NCBI GenBank assembly: GCA_963667665.2
Contig: OY763927.2
Location: forward strand, 928,001-992,000
DNA length: 64,000 bases
Reading direction: 5' to 3'
DNA from: Nitrosopumilus sp.
GTDB taxonomy: Archaea > Thermoproteota > Nitrososphaeria > Nitrososphaerales > Nitrosopumilaceae
Notes under the pieces: generated by a model
Seen by the model: the letters and a program-made list of their open reading frames with translations, nothing else
Database searches by the model: none
What the model was told of the DNA's origin: nothing
Translations under genes and position numbers: made by a program
Shown: positions 40,349-50,449 of the stretch, piece after piece
Layout: each line of letters starts with the position of its first letter
Numbering within the stretch: the stretch's first letter is position 1

Positions 40349-40427
40349 GACTGTGATGGAAGAGTGGCAAAAGCCATTGGAACTGGAGTTACTGTTCCGG
40401 ATTTTAGGCATGTTGCCCACCACAGTC
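40349..40427 (-). ncRNA. Unassigned ~79-nt structured RNA candidate (closing stem plus three hairpins)
   Basis: GACTGTGGTGG/CCATCACAGTC stem (one G-U), GGCA/TGCC, GGAAC/GTTCC and TGGC/GCCA hairpins; GC-rich island in AT-rich intergenic DNA; TATA about 25-33 nt upstream. Confidence 0.55.
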
Positions 40428-40484
40428 TATTTGAAACCAAACAGGAATCTAATATATTTAATGCGGAACAAATGTGTGTTCAAT

Positions 40485-40901
40485 ATGGCAACAATTGAGG
40501 TTGAAATTGAAATCAATGCTACAATTGACAAAGTGTGGAATGTTGTCTCAGACATTGATAATGAACCAAAATTTTGGAAGGGAACAAAAGAAATCAAAAA
40601 CTTGTCTAAAGAGGGAAACATCGTAAATAGAGAGATTACAATAGCATTCAGAGATCAAAAATGCCTGCAAGAGGTGAAACTCGTACCTAAAGAGAAGATA
40701 GAGGCAAAATTCACAAAAGGTATCCTAAATGGCGAGAAAATCGTATCACTTATTCCAAAAGATGAAAAAACCATACTAAACACGGTTTGGGACATCAAGT
40801 TAACTGGAATGATGAGCATGTTTACAGGTGTAATTAAAAAACACATCAAAAGTGGTACTGAGCAAGCAATGCAAAGCATCAAAGAAGAAGTCGAGAGATA
40901 A
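40485..40901 (+). CDS. SRPBCC/START (polyketide cyclase-like) protein
   Basis: IEINATIDKVWNVVSD..PKFW; true start is ATG 40485. Confidence 0.85.
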   Translation: MATIEVEIEINATIDKVWNVVSDIDNEPKFWKGTKEIKNLSKEGNIVNREITIAFRDQKCLQEVKLVPKEKIEAKFTKGILNGEKIVSLIPKDEKTILNTVWDIKLTGMMSMFTGVIKKHIKSGTEQAMQSIKEEVER

Positions 40902-40905
40902 CCCC

Positions 40906-42114
40906 ATGGAGTTAATTATTGATGTTTTCAACTATTCACTAACTGCAATTCTAATAGGAGTTTGTGGAGCTTGGATATTTCTAATAAAATCAATGACTGA
41001 TTCATTTAGATTTACACCATATCTTGACAAATTTGAAAATACATCCAATTCATCCCCTAAGGTTTCAATAATTCTTCCAGCAAGAAATGAAGGGAAATTT
41101 ATTGGTAAATGTTTAGACTCGTTAATTAAACAAGATTATGAAAATTATGAAATTATAGTTATTGATGATTCATCGAAGGATACCACAGGTGAAATAATTT
41201 CAGAGTATGCAAAAAAATATTCTAAAATAATTCCAGTTTCTGCAAAACCCAAACCAGAAGGATGGATGGGTAAAAATTGGGCATGTATGGAAGGGTATAG
41301 AAAAGCTACAGGAGAACTTTTGTTATTCACTGATGCAGATACAATTCATTCTAAAAATGTACTATCACTTGCAGTGGCTCATTTAATTTCATTTAATTTA
41401 GATGCATTATCTGCAATTCCAAAAATGTTAACATTTGATTTTTGGACCAAGATTACACTTCCAATGATTTCTACATTTTTGCATACTAGATTTTCTGCAT
41501 TAAATGTAAACAATCCTTCAAAAAAGACAGGATATTTCTTTGGGAGTTTTTTCATCTTGGAAAAAAAGACATACGAAGAAGTAGGCATGCATGAAGGAGT
41601 AAAACAAGAAATTATTGAAGATGGTGCATTAGGGAAAAAAGTAAAAGAATCAGGATACAAAATGAAGATGGTTAGAGGAGACCATCTAATTGATGCTGTT
41701 TGGGCTAGAGACAAAATTACTTTGTGGAATGCACTGAAAAGATTGATGGTTCCATTATATCTTCAAAGTGGAAAAATTGCAATTGGTATTTTCTTTGCTG
41801 TATTATTTTTGTTGTTTATTCCATTTCCAGTATTTGCCGCATCTGTAATATTTCCAGTTGAAGAGACATCGGCTAAAATGCTGTGTATTTCTGCAGCAAT
41901 TGCTTCAATTCTAATTTACATAGGTGCAATAATCGAGGCAAAAGTTGGACTCAAACTAAGATTTGTTCATGCATTATTTGCACCTATAGGAGGCCTGGTG
42001 GTTGTTTTAGGATTTCTAAGCGGATTACTTCAGGCAAAGTGTGACTCAGCTATTACATGGAAAGAAAGAAGATATTCAATGAAAGATCATACTCAAAATT
42101 CAATTAGTGTATAG
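40906..42114 (+). CDS. Membrane GT2 glycosyltransferase
   Basis: IILPARNE, DDSSKD, GWMGKNWAC, FTDAD, IIED; TMs at both ends. Confidence 0.9.
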   Translation: MELIIDVFNYSLTAILIGVCGAWIFLIKSMTDSFRFTPYLDKFENTSNSSPKVSIILPARNEGKFIGKCLDSLIKQDYENYEIIVIDDSSKDTTGEIISEYAKKYSKIIPVSAKPKPEGWMGKNWACMEGYRKATGELLLFTDADTIHSKNVLSLAVAHLISFNLDALSAIPKMLTFDFWTKITLPMISTFLHTRFSALNVNNPSKKTGYFFGSFFILEKKTYEEVGMHEGVKQEIIEDGALGKKVKESGYKMKMVRGDHLIDAVWARDKITLWNALKRLMVPLYLQSGKIAIGIFFAVLFLLFIPFPVFAASVIFPVEETSAKMLCISAAIASILIYIGAIIEAKVGLKLRFVHALFAPIGGLVVVLGFLSGLLQAKCDSAITWKERRYSMKDHTQNSISV

Positions 42115-42151
42115 CAAGCCTTTTAGATAGAAAATTGAGAATAAAATTCTC

Positions 42152-43294
42152 ATGGACAAATCAAGTGTGTTTGTAGGTGGAACTATTGGAGCCTTAATTG
42201 TCATTGTGATATTTGCTGTACTATTTGTTTCACCACCAGAATCAATAAAATCTGAAATTGTAGTAAGTAATGGAAATTCAGCAAGTACAGTAGGAGAAAC
42301 AATTCAAATTTATTCACAGAATTTATCATTAATTGAGATTTTTGAAAAATCTGAATCAGGAGTAGTGAGAGTTAATGTACAAAGAGGGGAAGTAGATGAT
42401 GGAATAGGAGGGTTAGGTTCAGGTTTTGTTTTTGATAAAAAAGGACATGTAATTACAAATGCACATGTTGTTAATGATGCAAAAAAAGTTGTAGTTACAT
42501 TTCTTGACGGGAGATCATACAATGCAGAAATAATCGGAATAGATGAGTTTACTGATCTTGCAGTAATCAAAGTCAATGCAGATTTGACACTGTTACATCC
42601 ATTAGCACTTGGTGATTCATCTAATCTCAAAGTAGGAGAAGCAATAGCTGCTATTGGAAACCCATTTGGATTATCAGGTTCTATGACTTCAGGAATAGTA
42701 AGTCAATTAGGAAGATTACTCCCATCAGGTTCTGGATATTCCATTCCAGATGTAATTCAAACTGATGCAGCCATCAATCCTGGTAATTCAGGTGGGCCGC
42801 TACTTAACATGAGAGGAGAGATAGTTGGAATAAATACTGCAATTCAATCAACAACAGGTGAATTTACAGGAGTAGGATTTGCAATACCATCACAGACTAT
42901 TGCCAAAATTATACCAACTCTTACAGAGAAAGGAGAATACAAACATCCTTGGATTGGAATCTCAGGTAGGGATATTGATCCAGATCTAGCAAAAGTTTTG
43001 GGCCTAAAAGATGCAGTTGGGTTTTTGATAGTAACAGTTGTAGAAAATAGCCCAGCTTCTAAAGCAGGATTAATCGGATCTGATAAAATCATCGAAGAGG
43101 ATGGAGTCAATTATCCAATGGGAGGAGACATCATTTTATCGGTGGATAAAATTGAAGTTAGGAAAATTAGTGATATTTTGATACATCTTCAAAGAGTAAA
43201 AACAGTTGGAGACGAAATGGTTTTAGAGATTTTAAGAGATAATAGAACAACAAATGTTACAATTGTTCTTCAAGAGAGACCAAATGGTAATTAG
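42152..43294 (+). CDS. HtrA/DegP-like serine protease with PDZ domain
   Basis: GSGF, TNAHVV, DLAV, QTDAAINPGNSGGPL. Confidence 0.94.
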   Translation: MDKSSVFVGGTIGALIVIVIFAVLFVSPPESIKSEIVVSNGNSASTVGETIQIYSQNLSLIEIFEKSESGVVRVNVQRGEVDDGIGGLGSGFVFDKKGHVITNAHVVNDAKKVVVTFLDGRSYNAEIIGIDEFTDLAVIKVNADLTLLHPLALGDSSNLKVGEAIAAIGNPFGLSGSMTSGIVSQLGRLLPSGSGYSIPDVIQTDAAINPGNSGGPLLNMRGEIVGINTAIQSTTGEFTGVGFAIPSQTIAKIIPTLTEKGEYKHPWIGISGRDIDPDLAKVLGLKDAVGFLIVTVVENSPASKAGLIGSDKIIEEDGVNYPMGGDIILSVDKIEVRKISDILIHLQRVKTVGDEMVLEILRDNRTTNVTIVLQERPNGN

Positions 43295-43336
43295 CACAAT
43301 ACAAGCATAAATACTTCTAGTCGAGAATTCTTTCTA

Positions 43337-44506
43337 TTGAACAATCTTGTGTTAAACTCTGAGAGTTTAAACAATGTTTTAGAGAATAAAGTGATATCTC
43401 GACAAAGCGTAATAGAGATTTATCAAAATGCAGTAAAAGATCCCAGTGAGCTTTTTTCTGCTGCACAAAATTTAAGAAAAAAATTCAAAAAAGATTCAGT
43501 TACATTTTCAAAAAAGGCATTTTTTAACATAGTAAATCTATGCAAAGATACTTGTTCTTATTGCACATACAAAGCAGACCCAGGAGAAGAAAAACTTTCT
43601 TTAATGTCAAAACAGCAAATATTAGAACTATTACAACTTGCAAAAAAATACAGATGTGTTGAAGCACTTTTTGTTACGGGTGAAAAACCAGAACAAAAAT
43701 ATCAAGAAGCACGAGATTGGCTTGAAAAAAATGGATTCAAATCAACTGTTGAATATCTTATTCATTCATCAGAACTAGCATTAGAATTAGGATTATTTCC
43801 ACACACAAACGCTGGTAATCTAAATTTTGAAGAGATGAAAGAGTTGAAGAAAACAAATGTGTCAATGGGAATAATGCTTGAAAATGTAAGTGAAAGATTA
43901 ACAGAAAAAGGAATGCCACATTATTTGGCGGCAAGTAAAAGACCAAAAGCAAGATTAGAAGTCTTGGAGAATTCTGGAAAATTAAGAATTCCAATGACAA
44001 CAGGAATTTTGGTTGGAATTGGAGAGACAATAGAGGAAGTTATTGATTCAATTTTAGCCATAAAACAATTACATCAAAAATATGGAAATATTCAAGAAGT
44101 GATTTTGCAAAATTTTCAACCAAAACCAGATACAATTATGAAGAACACACCATCAGCTGATGAAAACTATTTCAAAACAATTGTTGCATTATCAAGAATC
44201 ATCATGCCAGAAATGAACATACAGATTCCTCCAAACTTATCCCCAAAATCATATCAAAGTTTCTTATCAGTGGGAATAAATGATTGGGGAGGAATATCAC
44301 CACTAACCCCAGATTTTGTTAATCCAGAATTTTCTTGGCCAGAAATTAGTAAAGTAGATGAAAATTCAAAAGATGCAGGATTTGAATTAAAATGTAGGTT
44401 CCCAATATACCCAGAATTCTTTTCTTTTGTTAGTAAAGAGTTAAGAGATAAGATGTTAGTAATTGAAAATGGGGAAGGATTGGTAAAAGAGGAGTATTGG
44501 AGATGA
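43337..44506 (+). CDS. cofG: FO synthase subunit CofG (radical SAM)
   Basis: CKDTCSYC, PHTNAG, SMGIMLE, QEVILQNF, IQIPPNL, DWGGISP, NPE..WP. Confidence 0.93.
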   Translation: MNNLVLNSESLNNVLENKVISRQSVIEIYQNAVKDPSELFSAAQNLRKKFKKDSVTFSKKAFFNIVNLCKDTCSYCTYKADPGEEKLSLMSKQQILELLQLAKKYRCVEALFVTGEKPEQKYQEARDWLEKNGFKSTVEYLIHSSELALELGLFPHTNAGNLNFEEMKELKKTNVSMGIMLENVSERLTEKGMPHYLAASKRPKARLEVLENSGKLRIPMTTGILVGIGETIEEVIDSILAIKQLHQKYGNIQEVILQNFQPKPDTIMKNTPSADENYFKTIVALSRIIMPEMNIQIPPNLSPKSYQSFLSVGINDWGGISPLTPDFVNPEFSWPEISKVDENSKDAGFELKCRFPIYPEFFSFVSKELRDKMLVIENGEGLVKEEYWR

Positions 44507-45759
44507 CAAACATAGAGTCACTTTTTAAAAATGCAGACCCGCTAGTATCTACAATTCTAAATAATGCATTATCTGATAAAGAAATTTCTGAAAAAGACGC
44601 TCTGACATTATACAAAACAACTGGGATAGACTTTCACCTAGTGGGACTAGTTGCTGATGAAATTAGAAGAAGAAGAGTTGGCGATGTTGTATCATATGTA
44701 GTTAATAGAAATATCAATTTTACAAATGTCTGTATCAAGCAATGTGGATTTTGTGCATTTAGTAGAGATTTTCGAGAGGAAGAAGGGTATTTCCTACCAA
44801 CTGAAGAGATTGTACGAAGAGCAAAAGAGGCACATGATCTAGGTGCAACTGAAGTATGCATTCAAGCAGGATTGCCACCAGACATGGAAGGAGACTTATA
44901 TGAAAGCATATGCAGAGAAATCAAAAAAGAAATACCAGATATTCACATTCATGGATTTTCTCCTGAAGAGATTCTATATGGAGCAACAAGATCAGAGATA
45001 ACAATTGAAGAATTTCTAAAGAGGATGAAAGAAGCTGGAGTAAATACACTTCCAGGAACATCTGCTGAAATTCTTGACCAAGATCTCAGAGATAAGATAT
45101 CCCCAGGTAGAATTAGTGTAAAAGATTGGGAGAAAGTTATCAAGACTGCTCACAAAATGGGAATCAACACAACATCAACTATGATGTTTGGGCATCTAGA
45201 AACACTTGAAGATAGAGTAAAACATATTGCAAAACTAAGAGAAATTCAAAAGGAGACAAAAGGATTTACAGAATTTGTTCCACTAAATTTTATTCCTGAC
45301 GAAGCACCAATGTACAAACATCAGTTACATGAAGGAATTAAGGATGGTGCAAGTGGAAATGATGTTCTGCTTACACATGCAATTGCAAGAATTATGTTGA
45401 ATAATTCTATTAATAATCTTCAGATGTCATGGGTAAAAGAGGGTCAAAAGATGTCTCAATTATTACTAATGTGGGGAGCAAATGATTTTGGTGGTACATT
45501 GATCAATGAAAGTATTTCAACATCTGCAGGTTCAGAACATGGTCAGTTATTAAGACCTAAAGAAATAAGGAGACTAGTAAAAGAAATTGGAAGAGTTCCA
45601 GCAGAAAGAGATACCACATACAATATTCTAAGAAAGTTTGATAATGAAAATGAAGTTGAAGATGAGCTTGATAAAATTACAGACACTTCTCAATTTGGAT
45701 CATATGTAGAATTAATTAAAATTAATAAATTTAATTATAAAAATCCAAGGAGAAAATGA
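44503..45759 (+). CDS. cofH: FO synthase subunit CofH (radical SAM)
   Basis: NRNINFTNVCIKQCGFC, PGTSAEIL, QMSWVKEG, GANDFGGTLINESI. Confidence 0.93.
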   Translation: MTNIESLFKNADPLVSTILNNALSDKEISEKDALTLYKTTGIDFHLVGLVADEIRRRRVGDVVSYVVNRNINFTNVCIKQCGFCAFSRDFREEEGYFLPTEEIVRRAKEAHDLGATEVCIQAGLPPDMEGDLYESICREIKKEIPDIHIHGFSPEEILYGATRSEITIEEFLKRMKEAGVNTLPGTSAEILDQDLRDKISPGRISVKDWEKVIKTAHKMGINTTSTMMFGHLETLEDRVKHIAKLREIQKETKGFTEFVPLNFIPDEAPMYKHQLHEGIKDGASGNDVLLTHAIARIMLNNSINNLQMSWVKEGQKMSQLLLMWGANDFGGTLINESISTSAGSEHGQLLRPKEIRRLVKEIGRVPAERDTTYNILRKFDNENEVEDELDKITDTSQFGSYVELIKINKFNYKNPRRK

Positions 45760-47118
45760 TTGTCTGCCTTAGATAAGGCATTGAATCATTCAAAGAACAT
45801 AGGAATTGATGAATGCGAGATAGTTGTTGTAAAAAAAAAGATCATTACAGTAAGAATTACTGATTCAGAAATTGCTGAAATTAAGCAAAACTTTGATGAA
45901 AATTATGGAATTAGATTAATTCATGAAAAAAAAATTATATCAATTCAAACAACTAACCAAGAAGAGATAGAAAAGGTAATTGATAGTACATTTGAGACAT
46001 CAACGAAACTTAAATCAAGAGATTTTTGGAAGGGGCTACCATCAGATACAACACACAAGCAACTAGAAGGAACATTTGATGGGAAATTGGAGAAGATTTC
46101 CGGCACAAATGTAATGGATATCGCACAAAATATGATAAATTCAGCAAATAATGACATGGTAAATACGATTACAGGATCACTAAACATTGTTTCAGAGAAT
46201 TTTGAGTTAGCAAATTCTAATGGGTTGCATCTAAATGACAAGGCAACATACATTTCAGGAATAATTAATGCGGAATCAGAATCAGGAGTTATACCAGTAT
46301 CAGGTATTGGATACGCAAGTTGTAGAACATTATCAAATTTTTCTGCAGAACAAGTTGGAGATGATGCAAAAGTTATGTGTATTGAATCAATAAACCCACA
46401 AAAAATTGATTCAGACAAGTATTCTATAATTTTCGAACCATATTCAGTAGGAGAACTATTGGCATTTGTTGTTGCAGCAAATTTTAGTTTTAAAACATTT
46501 TCAGAAAAGAAAAGTTGTTTTTCAAATAATTTTGAAGAAAAAATAGCAACTGAACAACTGAGTTTAGTTGATGATCCACACATACCAGAAGGAATTGGAA
46601 CAAAATATGTAGATGATGAAGGAGTAGAAACTCAAAAAAGAAGTTTAATAGAAAAAGGAATTTTCAAGAATACTTTTTCAAATCTATTTGATAGTTACAA
46701 AGAAAGAAAACAATCTTCAGGTAATGCATCAAGAGCAGGTTCACCTATGGGAAGAAGTTCCGAGCCTATACCAATTTCAGCACCACATAATCTCAAAATA
46801 AATCCAGGGAATATTTCTCAAGAAGATATGATCAAAGATACAAAACATGGATTGTTAGTTGGAAGATTATGGTACACATATGCAGTAAATCCAATTAAAG
46901 GAGATTTTTCATGTACAGCAAGAAGTGGTATAAGAATTATTGAAAAGGGTAAAATAAAGGGACCTGGAAGATCAGTAAGAATAATTCACAATCTTCCAAC
47001 TATGATAAAAAATATTTCAGAAATTGGAAACAATCAAAAAAATGTAATTCAATGGGCATCACTTCCATCCATTGTACCATCAATTAAGGCTAAAAATATT
47101 ATGGTAAATTCTATCTAA
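45760..47118 (+). CDS. TldD/PmbA family protein (PmbA-like, no HExxH)
   Basis: ANSNG, DDEG, SSGNA, NPIKGDFS. Confidence 0.87.
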   Translation: MSALDKALNHSKNIGIDECEIVVVKKKIITVRITDSEIAEIKQNFDENYGIRLIHEKKIISIQTTNQEEIEKVIDSTFETSTKLKSRDFWKGLPSDTTHKQLEGTFDGKLEKISGTNVMDIAQNMINSANNDMVNTITGSLNIVSENFELANSNGLHLNDKATYISGIINAESESGVIPVSGIGYASCRTLSNFSAEQVGDDAKVMCIESINPQKIDSDKYSIIFEPYSVGELLAFVVAANFSFKTFSEKKSCFSNNFEEKIATEQLSLVDDPHIPEGIGTKYVDDEGVETQKRSLIEKGIFKNTFSNLFDSYKERKQSSGNASRAGSPMGRSSEPIPISAPHNLKINPGNISQEDMIKDTKHGLLVGRLWYTYAVNPIKGDFSCTARSGIRIIEKGKIKGPGRSVRIIHNLPTMIKNISEIGNNQKNVIQWASLPSIVPSIKAKNIMVNSI

Positions 47119-47138
47119 ATGCCAAATTCAGGCACAAA

Positions 47139-48074
47139 TTACTTGAAAAACGTGACTACAAGATATGCAACATAACCTATAGCCAAACAAACACCCATGG
47201 CTCTATTGATAATTCCAGTTTTCAGAGCAATCAGTAATGAAATGCTAAAGATAATCATTATTGCATAATCAACATAAACATCAGCGCCAATCATTACACC
47301 TCCAAGTGCAGCACCAATTCCCATTATCATCAAGATGTTGTAGATATTACTTCCAATAATGGTTCCAATACCAATATCTGCATGACCCTTTCTAATTGCA
47401 ATTATTGATGTTATTAATTCGGGAAGAGAAGTTCCAATTGCAATTACAGTTAACCCAATAATTTTTTCTGATAATCCAAACTCGTGTGCTAAAATTACAG
47501 CATTATCAACTGTAAGAATTGCGCCAACATACAAAAGTGCAATACCTATTCCAATTAATCCTACAGATTTTAGATATATGTTAGTTTTTTCTTTTTCAGT
47601 GTTCTCTTTGTTTTCCTCTCTATGTTTCATTGCATCTTTGAATGTATAAAATGCAAATACCCCCAATCCGCCAAGTAATAATATTCCATCATAATTAGAA
47701 AGTTCACCATCAACTGAGAGTAAAACAAGTAAAAGAGAAACGCCCAACATGATTGGAATTTCTTTTCGCAAAATAGATTTTCTTACTGCTAAAGGAATAA
47801 GCATTGCAGACACACCAATCACCATTCCAATGTTTGCAATATTACTTCCAATAACATTTCCCAGAATAATTGCACTGTGTTCACCTGCTGCAGCAACACT
47901 AGCAGCAAGTTCTGGAGTTGAAGTACCATACGCTACAATAGTCATCCCTATTACAAGATTACTTATTCTGAATTTTTTTGCAATGTTTACACCGCCGTTT
48001 ACTAACCAATTTCCGCCAAAACATAACATTACTAATCCAACTACAGTTAAAATTGCACTTACTGCTACTTCCAC
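47139..48074 (-). CDS. Calcium/sodium antiporter (YrbG family)
   Basis: Two alpha repeats GTSTPE..GSNIAN and GTSLPE..GSNIYN. Confidence 0.93.
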   Translation of the reverse strand: MEVAVSAILTVVGLVMLCFGGNWLVNGGVNIAKKFRISNLVIGMTIVAYGTSTPELAASVAAAGEHSAIILGNVIGSNIANIGMVIGVSAMLIPLAVRKSILRKEIPIMLGVSLLLVLLSVDGELSNYDGILLLGGLGVFAFYTFKDAMKHREENKENTEKEKTNIYLKSVGLIGIGIALLYVGAILTVDNAVILAHEFGLSEKIIGLTVIAIGTSLPELITSIIAIRKGHADIGIGTIIGSNIYNILMIMGIGAALGGVMIGADVYVDYAIMIIFSISLLIALKTGIINRAMGVCLAIGYVAYLVVTFFK

Positions 48075-48236
48075 AAAGAACGTTCAGATTTTCGTGGTTT
48101 AAAGGAGATTATTCACTATAATTTCACAATTCTAACAATTGCAATAAACCTGAATTTATCAATCTAGATCTAGGTGTAAAAAAACCAGCTCGGTAGATCA
48201 ACAAAGCTAAAGTTAAAGATTAATAAAGTAATATAC

Positions 48237-48246
48237 CGTACCATAC
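48237..48246 (+). promoter_or_regulatory. CGTA-N3-TAC operator-like site just before the wHTH start codon
   Basis: CGTACCATAC, ending 4 nt before ATG 48250; matches the island motif. Confidence 0.4.
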
Positions 48247-48249
48247 AGT

Positions 48250-48597
48250 ATGATGCGAACAAGACTAACATATGTACCACTAGAAGTAGCTGACCAATTC
48301 GAAGATTTCATCATAGAAAGAGATGTGCAAATACTTGATGCAGTAAAAGCAAGAACACGAGATTACAGTACACTATCACTGTTGAAGCTGTTGTATCAGC
48401 TTAGAGGAAATCCTATGACATTCTCAAATTTGTATTCAAAGTCAAAGATTAGAATGAAGAAATCATTTTTGAATTATCTACATCTGTGTGTGAATTACAA
48501 CTTTATCAAAAAAGAGCCAGTAGGGCCAAATGTAATCTATACAATTACAGACAAAGGACGAACTATGTTGAATCTCTTTATCAACAAAGAGTTGTAA
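48250..48597 (+). CDS. Winged-helix DNA-binding protein
   Basis: LLKLLYQL..PMTFSNLY..FLNYLHLC..FIKK..YTITDKGR wHTH pattern. Confidence 0.8.
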   Translation: MMRTRLTYVPLEVADQFEDFIIERDVQILDAVKARTRDYSTLSLLKLLYQLRGNPMTFSNLYSKSKIRMKKSFLNYLHLCVNYNFIKKEPVGPNVIYTITDKGRTMLNLFINKEL

Positions 48598-48646
48598 AAG
48601 AACATAAAGATAATTTTAGAAAATATATTTTTTTATTTTTAGCGAC

Positions 48647-50341
48647 TTAATAGTAATGATGCATTTGTCTTTGTTCTAATCCTTCTTGCTCAAAGTGATT
48701 GTGAGACTTTCCACCATCATGATGAGCATGAACTACTCCATCAATATGACAATGGGTATTGTCAATCAAATTCTTCATGAACACATCATCTACATTCAGT
48801 ATCATGTTAGCAACTTCAACTGCAGTTTTGAAAACTTGTTGTTTAACAACTACTGTTTCAATAATGTCAGATGATGATACGTCAGATATCTTTCTAGTGT
48901 TAGAATTTATTCCATACCATCTTATCTTGCCATTCAATGTTGCAAATTTTGCTCGAAATTGTGTTAATGTATCTAACACATCCATTCCCACATTCTGTGC
49001 TAATGTTAATGGTATTTCATCTACAGCATCTGCAAATCTTTGTATTACAATTTGTTCCTTACCTTCAACAGTTACAGATTGCTTTCTAATTTTTTGTGCA
49101 ACTATTCCTTCAACAGAGCCAGCACCATATACAATGAATGGATGTTCAATGAAATTTCTTAATACATAAAATGCATTCAAAGCATTTCTGTGAAATTCAT
49201 CTAGAAATCGTTTTGAGTTGGCCCTCAATAACAAAGTTACAGATTTTGGATTGTTTCCACCTTCCACAAAAACCATTTTATCTCCACCTACAGTCTTCTC
49301 ATACACTCTTTTTGCAAAACCTAATTCATCGTTAGATATTTTCTCAATATTTTTACAGATCTCAGCACCAGTCGCCTTTTCTAGCCACCATAAATCATTG
49401 TACTTTACTCGCCGCATTGAGATAATACCATGTTTTGCAAGAGCTTCTTGAACAAACTCATTAACTCCTTTCCTAGATATTACGACATTAGCCCCCGAAT
49501 CTACAATATTTTTTACAAGTGCAAGTAAGTCTGTGTTTTCTTGGTTAAGGAATTGGTTCATCTGTTTGGGAGAGTCTATTTCTATCTCTGCCTCCGTTCT
49601 TGTTCTCATTGGTTCTAATGATTCATTAATTAACAGAATCTTGGCATTGTGAATAGTTCTAGGCATTGCAGAACTATCTATTGTTTTATCAATCACAGTA
49701 CCTTTGATCAATTGTATTTCTGTAGCATTTCCTATTTTTTCTTCAATTTTTATGTCATCAATATCTATCTGCCCTCTTTCCAAGTTGGCAATATCACATA
49801 CAGCCTCAATGATAATATCTACAATCTTTGTATTTTCTTCTTGTAAATCAAAAATTGCTTTTCCCTCTAAACATGTAGTTAGTAATTGTCGCATTATTTT
49901 TCTGTCTCTTCTGTTTGATTTTATCTTAATTTCATCCAATGTTTCTAAAGCACAATCTAAACTTTGATTATAACCGCGAGTAATTGTAGCAACAGGAATT
50001 CCAATTTTTAATAATTCTTCAGCATGTTTGAGTAAACTACCAATCAAAACAGCTGTAGATGTTGTACCATCTCCAACATGAGTATCAACGGTGTTAATAG
50101 ATTCTACAACTGATTTAGCTGCAGGATGATCAACATCAACTTTTCTCAAAAACGCACCACCGTGACTTGTAATTGTATCTTCTCCAAGTATGTCAATGTA
50201 TATTTTTTCCATACCGCGCGGACCAAGAGATGTTTTAACTATTTCCGTAACAAGTTTACCTGAAATTAAATTATACATTTGTGATTCTTGTAATCCAATA
50301 CGTGAAATATCTTGATCAAGTAAACCAGGGTATTTCATCAC
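48647..50341 (-). CDS. Divergent group II chaperonin (thermosome-like) with a His-rich C-terminus
   Basis: TSLGPRGM, HPAA, GDGTTS, LAQNVGMD, ILNVDD; tail THCHIDGVVHAHHDGGKSHNH..MHHYY. Confidence 0.88.
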   Translation of the reverse strand: MMKYPGLLDQDISRIGLQESQMYNLISGKLVTEIVKTSLGPRGMEKIYIDILGEDTITSHGGAFLRKVDVDHPAAKSVVESINTVDTHVGDGTTSTAVLIGSLLKHAEELLKIGIPVATITRGYNQSLDCALETLDEIKIKSNRRDRKIMRQLLTTCLEGKAIFDLQEENTKIVDIIIEAVCDIANLERGQIDIDDIKIEEKIGNATEIQLIKGTVIDKTIDSSAMPRTIHNAKILLINESLEPMRTRTEAEIEIDSPKQMNQFLNQENTDLLALVKNIVDSGANVVISRKGVNEFVQEALAKHGIISMRRVKYNDLWWLEKATGAEICKNIEKISNDELGFAKRVYEKTVGGDKMVFVEGGNNPKSVTLLLRANSKRFLDEFHRNALNAFYVLRNFIEHPFIVYGAGSVEGIVAQKIRKQSVTVEGKEQIVIQRFADAVDEIPLTLAQNVGMDVLDTLTQFRAKFATLNGKIRWYGINSNTRKISDVSSSDIIETVVVKQQVFKTAVEVANMILNVDDVFMKNLIDNTHCHIDGVVHAHHDGGKSHNHFEQEGLEQRQMHHYY

Positions 50342-50449
50342 TTTTAGCCTCCTTTTAGATATTAAAACATGCTTACTGACGAATTTAATTTACCAAAAAT
50401 AAAGAACACAAAATAAAACGAACAGTAAATTGTTTATTATTTGATTTTA

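Noticed and set aside
40293-40484. N-terminal extension of the SRPBCC ORF
   Set aside because: The domain begins at ATG 40485 with a TATA about 25 nt upstream; the extension overlaps another gene and the structured RNA candidate.
45945-46583. 212-aa antisense ORF and the many other 60-135 aa antisense ORFs in the track
   Set aside because: They lie wholly opposite well-supported genes and have Ser/Ile/Phe-rich shadow composition.
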